This document shows, piece by piece, positions 44,277 to 54,055 of a stretch of DNA of 64,000 bases. This stretch comes from an uncultured bacterium (GTDB lineage Bacteria; Armatimonadota; Abditibacteriia; Abditibacteriales; Abditibacteriaceae): assembly GCA_963843795.1 (NCBI GenBank), contig CAWJLW010000006.1, positions 1,922,001-1,986,000 of the forward strand, written 5' to 3'. A program made the translations under genes and the position numbers. Positions within the stretch are counted from its first letter, which is position 1. Every line of letters starts with the position of its first letter. The notes beneath the pieces are model-generated. The model saw only the letters and a list, made by a program, of their open reading frames with translations, was not told the DNA's origin and ran no database searches.

Positions 44277-45611
44277 ATGAAGAACGCACTGAATTTTTCT
44301 GAAATCGCTCCACGTGAGTCGTTTTCTGAATTGCCTATCGAGTTACCGATTGTTGTGCATTCGCATTTGCACTGGGATTGGGTTTGGCAGCGTCCACAAC
44401 AATTTTTGTCGCGCCTGTCAGTGCGTCACCCGATTCTATTTATCGAAGAGCCGTGGTGGGATGAGGGCAACATCGAACCGTATTGTTTTCAATATGAGGC
44501 GCCTGGCTTTCCCAATATTCAAGTGCTGCAATTTCATTTGCCTGAAAAGTGGCGTGACGACCTGAGCGTTATGGGACGCGCTCGCATTGATCGTGCACAA
44601 CGCGAACTGCTGATGCGCCATTGGAGCGCGGGCGAGGGCAAGACTTATCGGCGCGCAGTGCAATGGTTTTATGATCCAATGGCGTTCGGCGTTTTTGATG
44701 GCCTGCTAAAGCCGAGCGCGGTCGTTTATGACTGCATGGACGAACTGGCGCAGTTCAAAGCGCCACCGCCACATCTTATTGAACGCGAACGCGCGCTATT
44801 AAATCGGGCTGATGTGGTATTCGCGGGCGGACGCAAAATGTGGGAATCGAAAAGTCGTTTCAACCACAACTGCCACTTTTATGGTTGCGGTGTCGATGTC
44901 GAACATTTCGCGCGGGCGCGTAAGCCGCAGACGTTGGTGCCGGATGATCTCGATGTGTCGCGCGAAAGCGTACTGGGTTATTTTGGCGTGGTAGATGAGC
45001 GCATGGATTACGAATTGGTGGCAGCGCTGGCCGATGCCAATTCAAACTGGACAGTTGCCATTGTCGGGCCGCATTGCAAAGTTGATCCGGATGCCTTTCC
45101 ACAACGGCCCAATTTGCAATGGCTGGGCGGCAAAAATTACCAAGATTTGCCAGCCTATGCAAAAGGTTTCGATGTTTGCCTGATGCCATTTGCACTCAAC
45201 GAGGCTACCGAATACATCAACCCAACCAAAACACTGGAATACATGGCAACTGGGACACCAGTTGTATCGACTGCAGTGCCCGATGTGGAAAGCAATTTCG
45301 CGGAGGTTGTCAAAATCGCACATTCACAGCAGGAATTCATTGATTTGTGCCGTCGGTTGACGCAAAAGCCCGATAACGAGGCTATACAGCGTGGTTTAAA
45401 GATGGCTGAGGAAAACACCTGGGATGCTATCGTCGAACAATTGGAAAACCATTTGCAAAATGCCATTTGCCGACAAAGCCAAAGGCCTAATGATGCACCA
45501 CCCAACGCCAACGGCATCGCAAACGATGGTGTGACTCGCGCTGGCGTAATTGGCGAGGTCTTGTCGGCGCACAGAAGAAGGGAAATGGCGGAGGAGACCA
45601 GCGCACGATGA
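44277..45611 (+). CDS. GT-B glycosyltransferase
   Basis: HLHWDWVWQRPQQFLSRL, VYDCMDEL, INPTKTLEYMATG. Confidence 0.9.
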   Translation: MKNALNFSEIAPRESFSELPIELPIVVHSHLHWDWVWQRPQQFLSRLSVRHPILFIEEPWWDEGNIEPYCFQYEAPGFPNIQVLQFHLPEKWRDDLSVMGRARIDRAQRELLMRHWSAGEGKTYRRAVQWFYDPMAFGVFDGLLKPSAVVYDCMDELAQFKAPPPHLIERERALLNRADVVFAGGRKMWESKSRFNHNCHFYGCGVDVEHFARARKPQTLVPDDLDVSRESVLGYFGVVDERMDYELVAALADANSNWTVAIVGPHCKVDPDAFPQRPNLQWLGGKNYQDLPAYAKGFDVCLMPFALNEATEYINPTKTLEYMATGTPVVSTAVPDVESNFAEVVKIAHSQQEFIDLCRRLTQKPDNEAIQRGLKMAEENTWDAIVEQLENHLQNAICRQSQRPNDAPPNANGIANDGVTRAGVIGEVLSAHRRREMAEETSAR

Positions 45612-46750
45612 GTACAGCTTCTGGTGCAACTTCCGCGAAGTGGCGGGTGCAGCATCTGGGTTTTGGCGCTCCGCATCGCGTCGAGTGGTTCGCATATGAA
45701 GAAGATGCGCCGCCACCCGGCGGTTTTCGCCTGCGCACGATGTTTTGCGGTCTATCAACCGGCACCGAACTGACACATTTCACCGGTAGTAGTCCATATT
45801 TGCACTCTCACTGGGACGATGAATTGAAATTGTTCCGCGACGATGGGCCACACCAACAGTATCCATTCCCGTTTTCGGGTTATATGCAAGTTGGACGTGT
45901 GGAAGATTCTCGTCAGCCAGGCGTGCGCGATGGCGAAATTGTCGCCATGTCGTATGGCCATAAAAGCGGCCACACAGTTTGCGCGCGCAACGATTTGTTT
46001 TATGTGTTGCCCGATGACATCGAGCCGATTCTAGGCATTTATGTAGCGCAAATGGGGCCGATTTGTGCTAATGGCATTCTGCACGCCGATGCGGAAGCAT
46101 ACGGCGCGCAGGCACAAAATTTCGGCGTGAGCGTGCGAGATAAACGGGTTTTGGTGTGTGGCACTGGTGTAATCGGTTTAATGACGGCGATGATGTGTCA
46201 GGTGGCAGGCGCAGCCGAAGTCGCCGTTGCAGGGCGTAATGCGTGGAAGTTGGACGTGGCGCAAAGATTAGGCTTGACGCCGATTAATAGCACGAAAGTC
46301 GATGTGGGCGAGTGGATTAAGGAACGGTGGCACGACGGCGCGGGCAATCGCGGCGCCGATGTCGCTTTTCAATGCACGGGCGCGCCGCAAATGTTGCAAC
46401 AAGCGTTGCGCGCTCTGCAACCGCAAGCCGCAGTGATCGATATGGGCTTTTATCAGGGCGGCGCCGAAGGGGTTCAGTTCGGGCGCGAATTTCACCACAA
46501 CGGACTAAAACACATCTGCGCGCAGATTTCGCGCGTGCCACGAGCGTTACAAAACAGTTGGGATCGGCGCCGTTTATCGCTGCAAACCATTGAATTTTTG
46601 CGCGCGACGGGCGACGACGTATGCCAACATCTTATTACGCACACACTCCCCTTCGAACAAGCTCAACAAGCCTTCGACCTACTCTGCCACAATGGCAACC
46701 AAGCTCTTCAGGTCGTATTGGAATGCGAAACGGGCATAAGCAACACTTGA
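45608..46750 (+). CDS. MDR/zinc-type alcohol dehydrogenase-like protein
   Basis: GLSTGTE, GTGVIG Rossmann motif, GADVAFQCTG. Confidence 0.85.
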   Translation: MSTASGATSAKWRVQHLGFGAPHRVEWFAYEEDAPPPGGFRLRTMFCGLSTGTELTHFTGSSPYLHSHWDDELKLFRDDGPHQQYPFPFSGYMQVGRVEDSRQPGVRDGEIVAMSYGHKSGHTVCARNDLFYVLPDDIEPILGIYVAQMGPICANGILHADAEAYGAQAQNFGVSVRDKRVLVCGTGVIGLMTAMMCQVAGAAEVAVAGRNAWKLDVAQRLGLTPINSTKVDVGEWIKERWHDGAGNRGADVAFQCTGAPQMLQQALRALQPQAAVIDMGFYQGGAEGVQFGREFHHNGLKHICAQISRVPRALQNSWDRRRLSLQTIEFLRATGDDVCQHLITHTLPFEQAQQAFDLLCHNGNQALQVVLECETGISNT

Positions 46751-46899
46751 ACAACAAACCTTCGTTTCAAAACCGCCGTTTAAGTGATGCCGGCGTCCCC
46801 GACGCACTGTAAAACAGGCAGTGCGAAGGCAAGCGGGAACTTCGCTGCAAACGTGATTCTGACATTTGCAGCGTAATCGCGATAAGAGAAAGCGCAATC

Positions 46900-48090
46900 A
46901 TGTCAAATCCCCAACGCGTCGTCTTTTTCACCGACAGCCTGGAGCCAAGCGGTGTCGGTCGGGTAATGCACACTATGGCGCGCCATTTGTCGCGCGAACA
47001 TTATGAGCTGTTTTTGGTGTGTCCCGACCACGAGGGTGCCGACGAATTGGCGGCCAAAATGCGCGATGAAGTGTGCGACATCGCACGCCTGACGGTACGT
47101 GGCGAAGCCCAACCCGACGACCCCGACGCTTTCGAGGCTTTGGTAAAGCAGTTGTGCAGTTGGCAACCAGAAATTTTTCACGCCCATATCGGCGCAACAT
47201 GGGAAGGCCAACAAGGTATTTTCGCCGCACAAAGAGCCGATGTGCCATTAATCGTAGCGACTGAGCATTTGCCGTGCGTTCTGAAGCACGAAAACGAACG
47301 TGCACTGCGTCGCCGCGCCAACGCGCATTTGCACCGCCTGTTTACGGTTTCGGATAGCGTGCGCCGCTCGCAAATCGAATGCGCCATGATGCCCGATGAA
47401 CGTATCGTAACCGTTGAAAACGGCGTCGAAGAATGTGCTCATCCCGACTGTCGCACCCAAGCGCGGCATGAATTAGAACTTGCCGACACCGAGCGCACAG
47501 TGCTTTTCGTGGGCCGTTTCACGGAACAGAAAGACCCGTTGACCCTGCTTCACGCCATTCGATTTTTGCAAGAAGCGCCCGACGACGAGCGTAAAATAAC
47601 GGCGATTTTTGCAGGTGACGGACCGTTACGCAGCGCAAGTGAGCTTTTGGCGCACGAATTAAAAATTGAGAATTGTGTCCGGTTTATGGGTAACTGCGAC
47701 GAAGTGCCGAGATTGATGGCCGCTGCGGATGTGTTGGCGATGCCATCGCGTTTCGAGGGATTGCCTTTAGCAGTTCTAGAAGCGATGTCTGCTGGTCTGC
47801 CAGTTATAGGTTGCAATGCCGATGGCGTGCGCGACGCCGTGACCCATGATGTCACTGGTTGGCTGGCTCCTGTCGAAAACGCAGAAGAATTGGCGCGCGG
47901 CTTACAAAAGGCGTTCGATGGCGCAACGCACCGACGCTGGGCTGACGCAGCACGCAAGCGTTTTCACGAGTATTTCACTGCGCGCCACATGGCGCACCGA
48001 CAGGACACAGCGTATCAAGAATTGACGCAGCATAATCGTGGCTATTTTTCCACGCCGTTACTCGCGCAGCAATCTTCAAAAATTAACTAA
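46900..48090 (+). CDS. Glycosyltransferase family 4
   Basis: FVGRFTEQKD, PSRFEGLPLAVLEAM. Confidence 0.93.
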   Translation: MSNPQRVVFFTDSLEPSGVGRVMHTMARHLSREHYELFLVCPDHEGADELAAKMRDEVCDIARLTVRGEAQPDDPDAFEALVKQLCSWQPEIFHAHIGATWEGQQGIFAAQRADVPLIVATEHLPCVLKHENERALRRRANAHLHRLFTVSDSVRRSQIECAMMPDERIVTVENGVEECAHPDCRTQARHELELADTERTVLFVGRFTEQKDPLTLLHAIRFLQEAPDDERKITAIFAGDGPLRSASELLAHELKIENCVRFMGNCDEVPRLMAAADVLAMPSRFEGLPLAVLEAMSAGLPVIGCNADGVRDAVTHDVTGWLAPVENAEELARGLQKAFDGATHRRWADAARKRFHEYFTARHMAHRQDTAYQELTQHNRGYFSTPLLAQQSSKIN

Positions 48091-48117
48091 TGGATTAATT
48101 TTTTTGCCACTATTCCC

Positions 48118-48150
48118 AAATAGCGCTACAAGTACTTGCAGCGCTATTTT
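48118..48150. terminator. Hairpin with motif variant between convergent genes
   Basis: AAATAGCGCTACAAGT|ACTTGCAGCGCTATTT. Confidence 0.7.
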
Positions 48151-48152
48151 CG

Positions 48153-48710
48153 TTAATATCCGGGGCCATTGAGATCAATTTCGCCATCGGGCCACGCGAA
48201 ATCTGCGGGATGAATCATTTTGTTTTCCTCCCAGAAAACATCGTCGTAATTTCCCTTGTTGTGAAAACGATTTTCTATCAGGCGGCAGCCCAACTTTTCG
48301 TAGAATTGCGGCACACCAGTTTGGAACAGCGCGACAGTAAGGTTCATTTGAGGTAGGTAATCGAAAGCAGCGCGCACGACATCGGCGCCCCAGCCGCGCC
48401 CGCGATAATCGGGATGAACGCACACCGAAGCCAGCGCGCCGACTTCGAGTGCGCCTTGCGACGTGAAAATTTCGTGCGGAAAAATGCGCGCGTGCGCCAA
48501 CACTAGACGATTTTCGTTTTCGCCCTCGCTAATCACAAAATGCACTGACGATTGAGCTTGCCATTTTTCCATCACAGCATCGGGTTCGGGCGTCAATGCG
48601 CCAGATGCGGACGGCCAGATTTTTTTCGTGAGAGCCAGAATCGCTGCTGTAGCTGGGGGCAAAAGCCCCGACTGCGCTTGGATGATGTGGACTTTGTTCA
48701 TCTTGAGCAT
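48153..48710 (-). CDS. GNAT N-acetyltransferase
   Basis: VCVHPDYRGRGWG, FYEKLG. Confidence 0.9.
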   Translation of the reverse strand: MLKMNKVHIIQAQSGLLPPATAAILALTKKIWPSASGALTPEPDAVMEKWQAQSSVHFVISEGENENRLVLAHARIFPHEIFTSQGALEVGALASVCVHPDYRGRGWGADVVRAAFDYLPQMNLTVALFQTGVPQFYEKLGCRLIENRFHNKGNYDDVFWEENKMIHPADFAWPDGEIDLNGPGY

Positions 48711-48796
48711 GATAACTCATCCCGGCAAGTACTTGCAGCACGTTTCTCGCACATCGAATGCACGATTTTGCATTGATGCGTGTTAAAATCCTCCTC

Positions 48797-50866
48797 ATGG
48801 CTATGGCAACGGCTTCTGCGACGGTGGGCAAAGTGAATTCGGTGAAATTAAATGTAGCGTGGCGCGACCACATCGGCGAAAACGCGCTTTTACAGCGCGA
48901 GTTGCGAGTTGCCTTGCGCTCGCCGCGCGTGTGGCTTCTAATAGCAATTTACGTGTCGTTGTTGGGCGCGGTCGTGCTGACGCAGTTTCCTGACGAGCAG
49001 GCGCTTTCACTAGCGACCGATAGTTCCAGTGCCATTACAGCGGGCGAACGTGGGCACGATTTGATGAAGAATTTCGTTTTCGCGCAGCTGTTTCTAGTGT
49101 GGCTTTTAGTGCCCGCTTTGGCGTGCGGCGCATTGGCTCAAGAACGCGAACGCCAAACCTTACAAACGCTGTTGCTCACGCCGCTTTCGCCGCTGCAAGT
49201 GGTGTGGGGCAAAGCGGCCGGCGTGCTGGCGATTGCCACAGTTTTGCTTTTAGGAACCCTGCCGCTGACTTCGCTGTGCTTTTTACTGGGTGGCGTTTCA
49301 CCGGGCGAAATCGCTGGCTACTACGCGATTTTACTCACACAAGCCTTGTTTTTCACCGGCATCGGTCTGTATTGCGCAGCGCGCTGGCACAACACTCTGC
49401 GCGCGACTTTTGCGGCCTATGCAATGTCGATTGCCGGAGTGGCTTTTCTCATTTTGCTAGCGATTCCAGGCATCGTGGCCAGCGCTTGGTGGGCGATCTG
49501 GGCGCTATCTGCGGCGCTTTTCGCCATTTTGCGCCCGCTATTTAGCTATGAACGCTGGCGCCGAGCGCGTCGCCCCGGACGTTTAGTTTTGATGGTAGCT
49601 TTGTTTGTGGGCGTATATTTCATCGGGCGCGAATTGGCGAGTATCGGCGGTTTCTGGTGGCTGGTTTTGTGCACGGTCTTCATCGCGCCTTACGGCTATC
49701 AGGTTTCGAGTTTGCTGTTGCAAGCTGCGGCACAGGAAGTCGCCAAAAGGCCTGACTCACCGCGTCCGCGCCGCGAATTCAAAGCCGATATCCAGAAATC
49801 TTGGCAGCAAGCGATGCAGCCCGCAGCGATCACACCAATAGCAACACCCGTAACTTATCGCGTGGATGAACACGGCCACACGATTTCAACGGTCTCCAAA
49901 GCCAAAGAACCTGCAGCGAATCCGCAAAAAGTAACGGAAACATACGCGGAATCAGCGTTTTTGAGAGACAACCGCAACGCAATTTTCGCGCGCGATATGC
50001 GTCACGGTTTGGGCGGAAAAGCGAGCACGATGTTTCGTTATGGCTACGTTGTCGTTATCGCGACTGAACTGCTTTTAATTGTTTATTTATCGCTCAACGG
50101 CGATATTAGTCCGCTGGCTTCGCAAACTCAATTCGCGAACTTGGCTTCAGCGCAATTAGTTTTGGTTTTGATGGCGTGCGCGTGGCTGGGCTCGCGCGCC
50201 ATCGCGCCCGAACGCGAAGGTCAAACGTTGTCTCAATTGTTGTCACTTCCCTTATGGCCGCGCCAGATCATCGGGGCCAAAATCGCTTCGGTTTTGTTTT
50301 TCAGTTCCTATGCTGCCCTGCTCGGTTTGCCGCTCACTTTGGCGATGCCAATGCTCGATTTGATCGATTGGCCGCCCGCCTTGTGGTTTCTGGCGATTGA
50401 AATTGCCTTCGGCGCCTTAGCGGCTTCGTGGGGCGTTTTCAGTTCGCTGCAAGTCGAAAATGTGCGGCGTGCCCTCACGCTTTCGCTGGGTGGCGTGGCG
50501 TTTTTGCTACTGGGCACCGCACTGATACGCTCGGTTCTGGAAACGGCAATACCACGCTTTGGAGCCGCCAATGCGATAGGAAATTCGCCCCTTATTACGT
50601 CGTGGCTGAAATCGGTTTTGTTTGTTGTCAATGCGTTGTCGCCCTTAGAATTATTCAACCGCGTGGTGCGACCGATTGAGCCAATGTATAATGGCATGGT
50701 TCAAATTGGCACTTCTTATCAACAAGTAGATCAGGCCATTATGCAGAACATCATACGCATTAACTATTTAACAGTTGCGGCCTCGCTATTGTTAGTGATT
50801 GTTTTGGCAACGTTGCTGTTTATGTGGACGGCGCGCGGATTTCGCCAACTGGCGCGTGAAAGTTAA
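48797..50866 (+). CDS. ABC-2-type permease with two permease modules
   Basis: ERERQTLQTLLLTPL and EREGQTLSQLLSLPL; many TM helices. Confidence 0.85.
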   Translation: MAMATASATVGKVNSVKLNVAWRDHIGENALLQRELRVALRSPRVWLLIAIYVSLLGAVVLTQFPDEQALSLATDSSSAITAGERGHDLMKNFVFAQLFLVWLLVPALACGALAQERERQTLQTLLLTPLSPLQVVWGKAAGVLAIATVLLLGTLPLTSLCFLLGGVSPGEIAGYYAILLTQALFFTGIGLYCAARWHNTLRATFAAYAMSIAGVAFLILLAIPGIVASAWWAIWALSAALFAILRPLFSYERWRRARRPGRLVLMVALFVGVYFIGRELASIGGFWWLVLCTVFIAPYGYQVSSLLLQAAAQEVAKRPDSPRPRREFKADIQKSWQQAMQPAAITPIATPVTYRVDEHGHTISTVSKAKEPAANPQKVTETYAESAFLRDNRNAIFARDMRHGLGGKASTMFRYGYVVVIATELLLIVYLSLNGDISPLASQTQFANLASAQLVLVLMACAWLGSRAIAPEREGQTLSQLLSLPLWPRQIIGAKIASVLFFSSYAALLGLPLTLAMPMLDLIDWPPALWFLAIEIAFGALAASWGVFSSLQVENVRRALTLSLGGVAFLLLGTALIRSVLETAIPRFGAANAIGNSPLITSWLKSVLFVVNALSPLELFNRVVRPIEPMYNGMVQIGTSYQQVDQAIMQNIIRINYLTVAASLLLVIVLATLLFMWTARGFRQLARES

Positions 50867-50910
50867 AAACGCGTAAAGCGCCCTGCAAGTACTTGCAGCC
50901 TCTTTTTCTT

Positions 50911-53853
50911 ATGCCGATTTCCTCTTTGCCAAGCTCATCGAAACGTTTGAAAGCGCCGCGTTTGCGGTTGGGATTGTCGCGCGAGGGCGAAACTAAATCG
51001 CGCGCATCGTGGGGCATGACGATTGGGCTGGCCTCAGCGATTTTCACGATTTTGCTACTGCGCTATTCGCTGATGGGCCGCGAATTCGAATATGATTCGC
51101 TCGATATCTGGTTCAATCTGCGTCAAGGACACACTTCCAATGCGGTCGCGGTCTTAGAAATCGACGATGAGACTTTCGCGCGCTGGAACGGGCGCGCTTT
51201 TGATGCACCCGCAATGGCCCGTGTGCTGCAAATATTGAAAGACAATCGCGCTCGCACCGTCGTTTTCGCCCTTACCGGACTGTGCGCGCAAAATCCCGAA
51301 AGCAAATCATCCAGCGCTTCGCCCTTTTCCAGCACCACAAATCGAATTGACACTCTGCGCAACGAAGCGCGCGATACCGATTTTGTGCAATGGCCGTTGT
51401 TGATGAGCACAGCCAACAGCGCTCACGCCCAATCTGAAAAAACGCCCGATTTACCCGAAAACTGGAGTGTGCCACGCAGCCAATGGCCCGATATCGAAGC
51501 GCCTGTAACCACCTTCGTCGAAACTCCACCAAGTCGTTGGTTAGGTCCGCAAAACGGCGCGGGCCACACTTCATTTGCAACTGATTCCGATAATCGACCG
51601 CGCGCTTCTTTTCCGGCTTTGGCTTTCCAAAATCGCCTTTATCCCGCGCTATCCTTGAGCGCAGCAGCGAAAATGCACAATATAAAGTGGACGAAAACCA
51701 TAGAAGACAGTGAACCTTGGCTTCTCGATTTTTCGCCGCTGGATTTACCGCAAAGTTTCACTCATCGCAAAGATTTAATGCGCGGTTTTCCAACCCTGGG
51801 CATAGCGCAAGTACTTGCACAGCCCACGTTGGCGCGCGGACTGGAAAACAAGTGCGTCGTCATCGGCATGAGCGCGCGCGGTGTGAGCGCACTTTACACC
51901 GCACCCGACCGCCGGCGCATCAACGAAGCGCAATTGCAGGCCATCGCCATTGATAATTTGCTTTCACAATCGACGACCGGCGTTGCACCCGAAGGTTGGA
52001 TTTGGATTCTCACTATGTTGCCGTGCATGATTGTGGGTGGCTTTGTCGCTTCGCGCCCGCCAATGTGGGGCGCAATTATCACATTACTTTCTTTGTTGAC
52101 GATTTTCGTTTTGTCAGCGGGTTTGTTTGCGCAAAATTTGTGGCTCGACATCACAATTCCGTGGCTCGCAGTCGGGTTGACTTATCTCACCAGCGTTATC
52201 GGACGCGCGCGGCGCGATACGCGCGAGGCCACGCGCATCGGTTCAACCGTGAGCGCGCTGGCGCAGGCCAGCAATTTGATCGCGGCACAAAACCAGTCGC
52301 AGGAGCTTTTAGAGCGCGTTTTAGAATGGGCACGCGAAATTTTGCACGCCGAATCGGCCAGCGTTTTGTTGTTCGACAAAAAGCGCGAAAGGCTCGATTT
52401 CGCTGCCGCCCAAGGCCCGATAGCCGACCAGTTGAAGCCGTTTTCGCTCGCTCCAGGCATCGGAATCGCCGGTTGGGTGGCGCAAAACGGACAAGCGGTT
52501 TATACCAACGATGCGCGCAACGATGCGCGTTTTCAATCTGATTTTGACGGCGCGACCGGCTTTGTCACACGAGCGATTGTTTGCGTTCCACTTCGCGCGC
52601 GCGATGAAATTCTGGGCGTCATCGAAGTCGTCAACCGTTTGAACGACGAGCCGTTCACCAGCGACGATGTGGAAATATTGAGCGCGGTCGCCAACCAGAG
52701 CGCTATCGCACTGGAAAACGCGCGCTTATACGAACTGTTGAATTTGCGCGTCGCGGTATCGGAAGAATCGCTGGAAAATACCAACTTGCGTTTGGAAACC
52801 GAAAAGCATCTTTTGCAAACCGTATTGCAAGCGATGACCAACGGAATTGTGGTTATCGACAAGTCGAATCATGTGCAATTAATTAATCGCGCTGCTTCGC
52901 GCGTGTTGCCCGAACTCGACGATGCCATTGGCCAACCATTGGGTCGTGTATTGCCCGAATTTCCCGACGGATTCACGCGGCGTGAAGGCGACCGACGGCG
53001 CGGACTTTCGGCCCAGCTCAAGCGCGGCGATGTCGATGCGCCGCGCACGATTGAAGCGCGCTCATCGCATTTGCCGTTCGCGGCCAACAGCAAAGCAAGC
53101 GGACAAATCATCATCTTTGAAGACGTGACGCAGCAGCGCAACATCGAGCAGGCCAAAAGTGATTTCGTCTCGTTCGTTGCCCATGAAATGCGTTCGCCGC
53201 TCACCACAATCGCCGGTTTTTCTTCGATGCTGCGCTCAAACGAAGCGCGTGAGGCCACGCCCAATGCCCAGCGCAGCCGTTTTTTAGGGCTAATTCACGA
53301 CGAAAGCGAACGCTTGAAACGCTTGATTAATTCGATGCTGGACGTGGCGCGCATCGAAGCCGGACGCGACATCGAAATTCAGATCGACACCTTTGAATTC
53401 GCGCCCTTGGCGATGCAGACCATCGAATCACAGCGAGTTTATTCGAGCCGCCATCAAATCGTGGGCGATTGGCCGCCCGACTTGCCGCCAATCCGCGCCG
53501 ACCGCGATAAAGTCACGCAAATTCTCATCAATTTGCTGTCGAACGCCTTGAAATATTCGCCCGGTGGGCGAGTGCAAGTACTTGCCACGCTCCAAGACGA
53601 TTTTCTCGAAGTGCGCGTGCAGGACGAAGGGCCTGGCATCGAGCCAGATCAACAACTGCGCTTATTTGAACGCTTCGGACGTTTGTCGAATCCGGTCGGC
53701 AGCGGCGAGCGCGCCAAGCCTTCGGGCACCGGCTTGGGCTTGTTTCTCACTAAACATCTGGTTGAATTGCAAGGCGGAACGATTCGTGTCGAAAGCGAAA
53801 TCGACAAAGGCAGCGCTTTTATTTTCACGCTTCCCATAGCCCAGGAGAATTGA
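50911..53853 (+). CDS. Sensor histidine kinase (CHASE2-3TM-GAF-PAS-HisKA-HATPase)
   Basis: LEIDDET CHASE2-like region; GAF (GIAGWVA); VAHEMRSPL; NLLSNALKY; DEGPGI; GTGLGL. Confidence 0.9.
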   Translation: MPISSLPSSSKRLKAPRLRLGLSREGETKSRASWGMTIGLASAIFTILLLRYSLMGREFEYDSLDIWFNLRQGHTSNAVAVLEIDDETFARWNGRAFDAPAMARVLQILKDNRARTVVFALTGLCAQNPESKSSSASPFSSTTNRIDTLRNEARDTDFVQWPLLMSTANSAHAQSEKTPDLPENWSVPRSQWPDIEAPVTTFVETPPSRWLGPQNGAGHTSFATDSDNRPRASFPALAFQNRLYPALSLSAAAKMHNIKWTKTIEDSEPWLLDFSPLDLPQSFTHRKDLMRGFPTLGIAQVLAQPTLARGLENKCVVIGMSARGVSALYTAPDRRRINEAQLQAIAIDNLLSQSTTGVAPEGWIWILTMLPCMIVGGFVASRPPMWGAIITLLSLLTIFVLSAGLFAQNLWLDITIPWLAVGLTYLTSVIGRARRDTREATRIGSTVSALAQASNLIAAQNQSQELLERVLEWAREILHAESASVLLFDKKRERLDFAAAQGPIADQLKPFSLAPGIGIAGWVAQNGQAVYTNDARNDARFQSDFDGATGFVTRAIVCVPLRARDEILGVIEVVNRLNDEPFTSDDVEILSAVANQSAIALENARLYELLNLRVAVSEESLENTNLRLETEKHLLQTVLQAMTNGIVVIDKSNHVQLINRAASRVLPELDDAIGQPLGRVLPEFPDGFTRREGDRRRGLSAQLKRGDVDAPRTIEARSSHLPFAANSKASGQIIIFEDVTQQRNIEQAKSDFVSFVAHEMRSPLTTIAGFSSMLRSNEAREATPNAQRSRFLGLIHDESERLKRLINSMLDVARIEAGRDIEIQIDTFEFAPLAMQTIESQRVYSSRHQIVGDWPPDLPPIRADRDKVTQILINLLSNALKYSPGGRVQVLATLQDDFLEVRVQDEGPGIEPDQQLRLFERFGRLSNPVGSGERAKPSGTGLGLFLTKHLVELQGGTIRVESEIDKGSAFIFTLPIAQEN

Positions 53854-54055
53854 TACGCAGCTATACATCCCGTGCAAGTAACTTGCATACCCTCTTGAGC
53901 GCGGTGAAAATACAACGGCGTCGCGCGCCAAAAGACGCGTTAAACTATTGAATTAATCACGCGACACAACGCGCGACTGGTAACGCCCATCATCGAGAAG
54001 TTTTTATTTGCGGCCCTTTGCACAGCGAAAAGCGCGGGCCGTTGCGAGGAATTTT

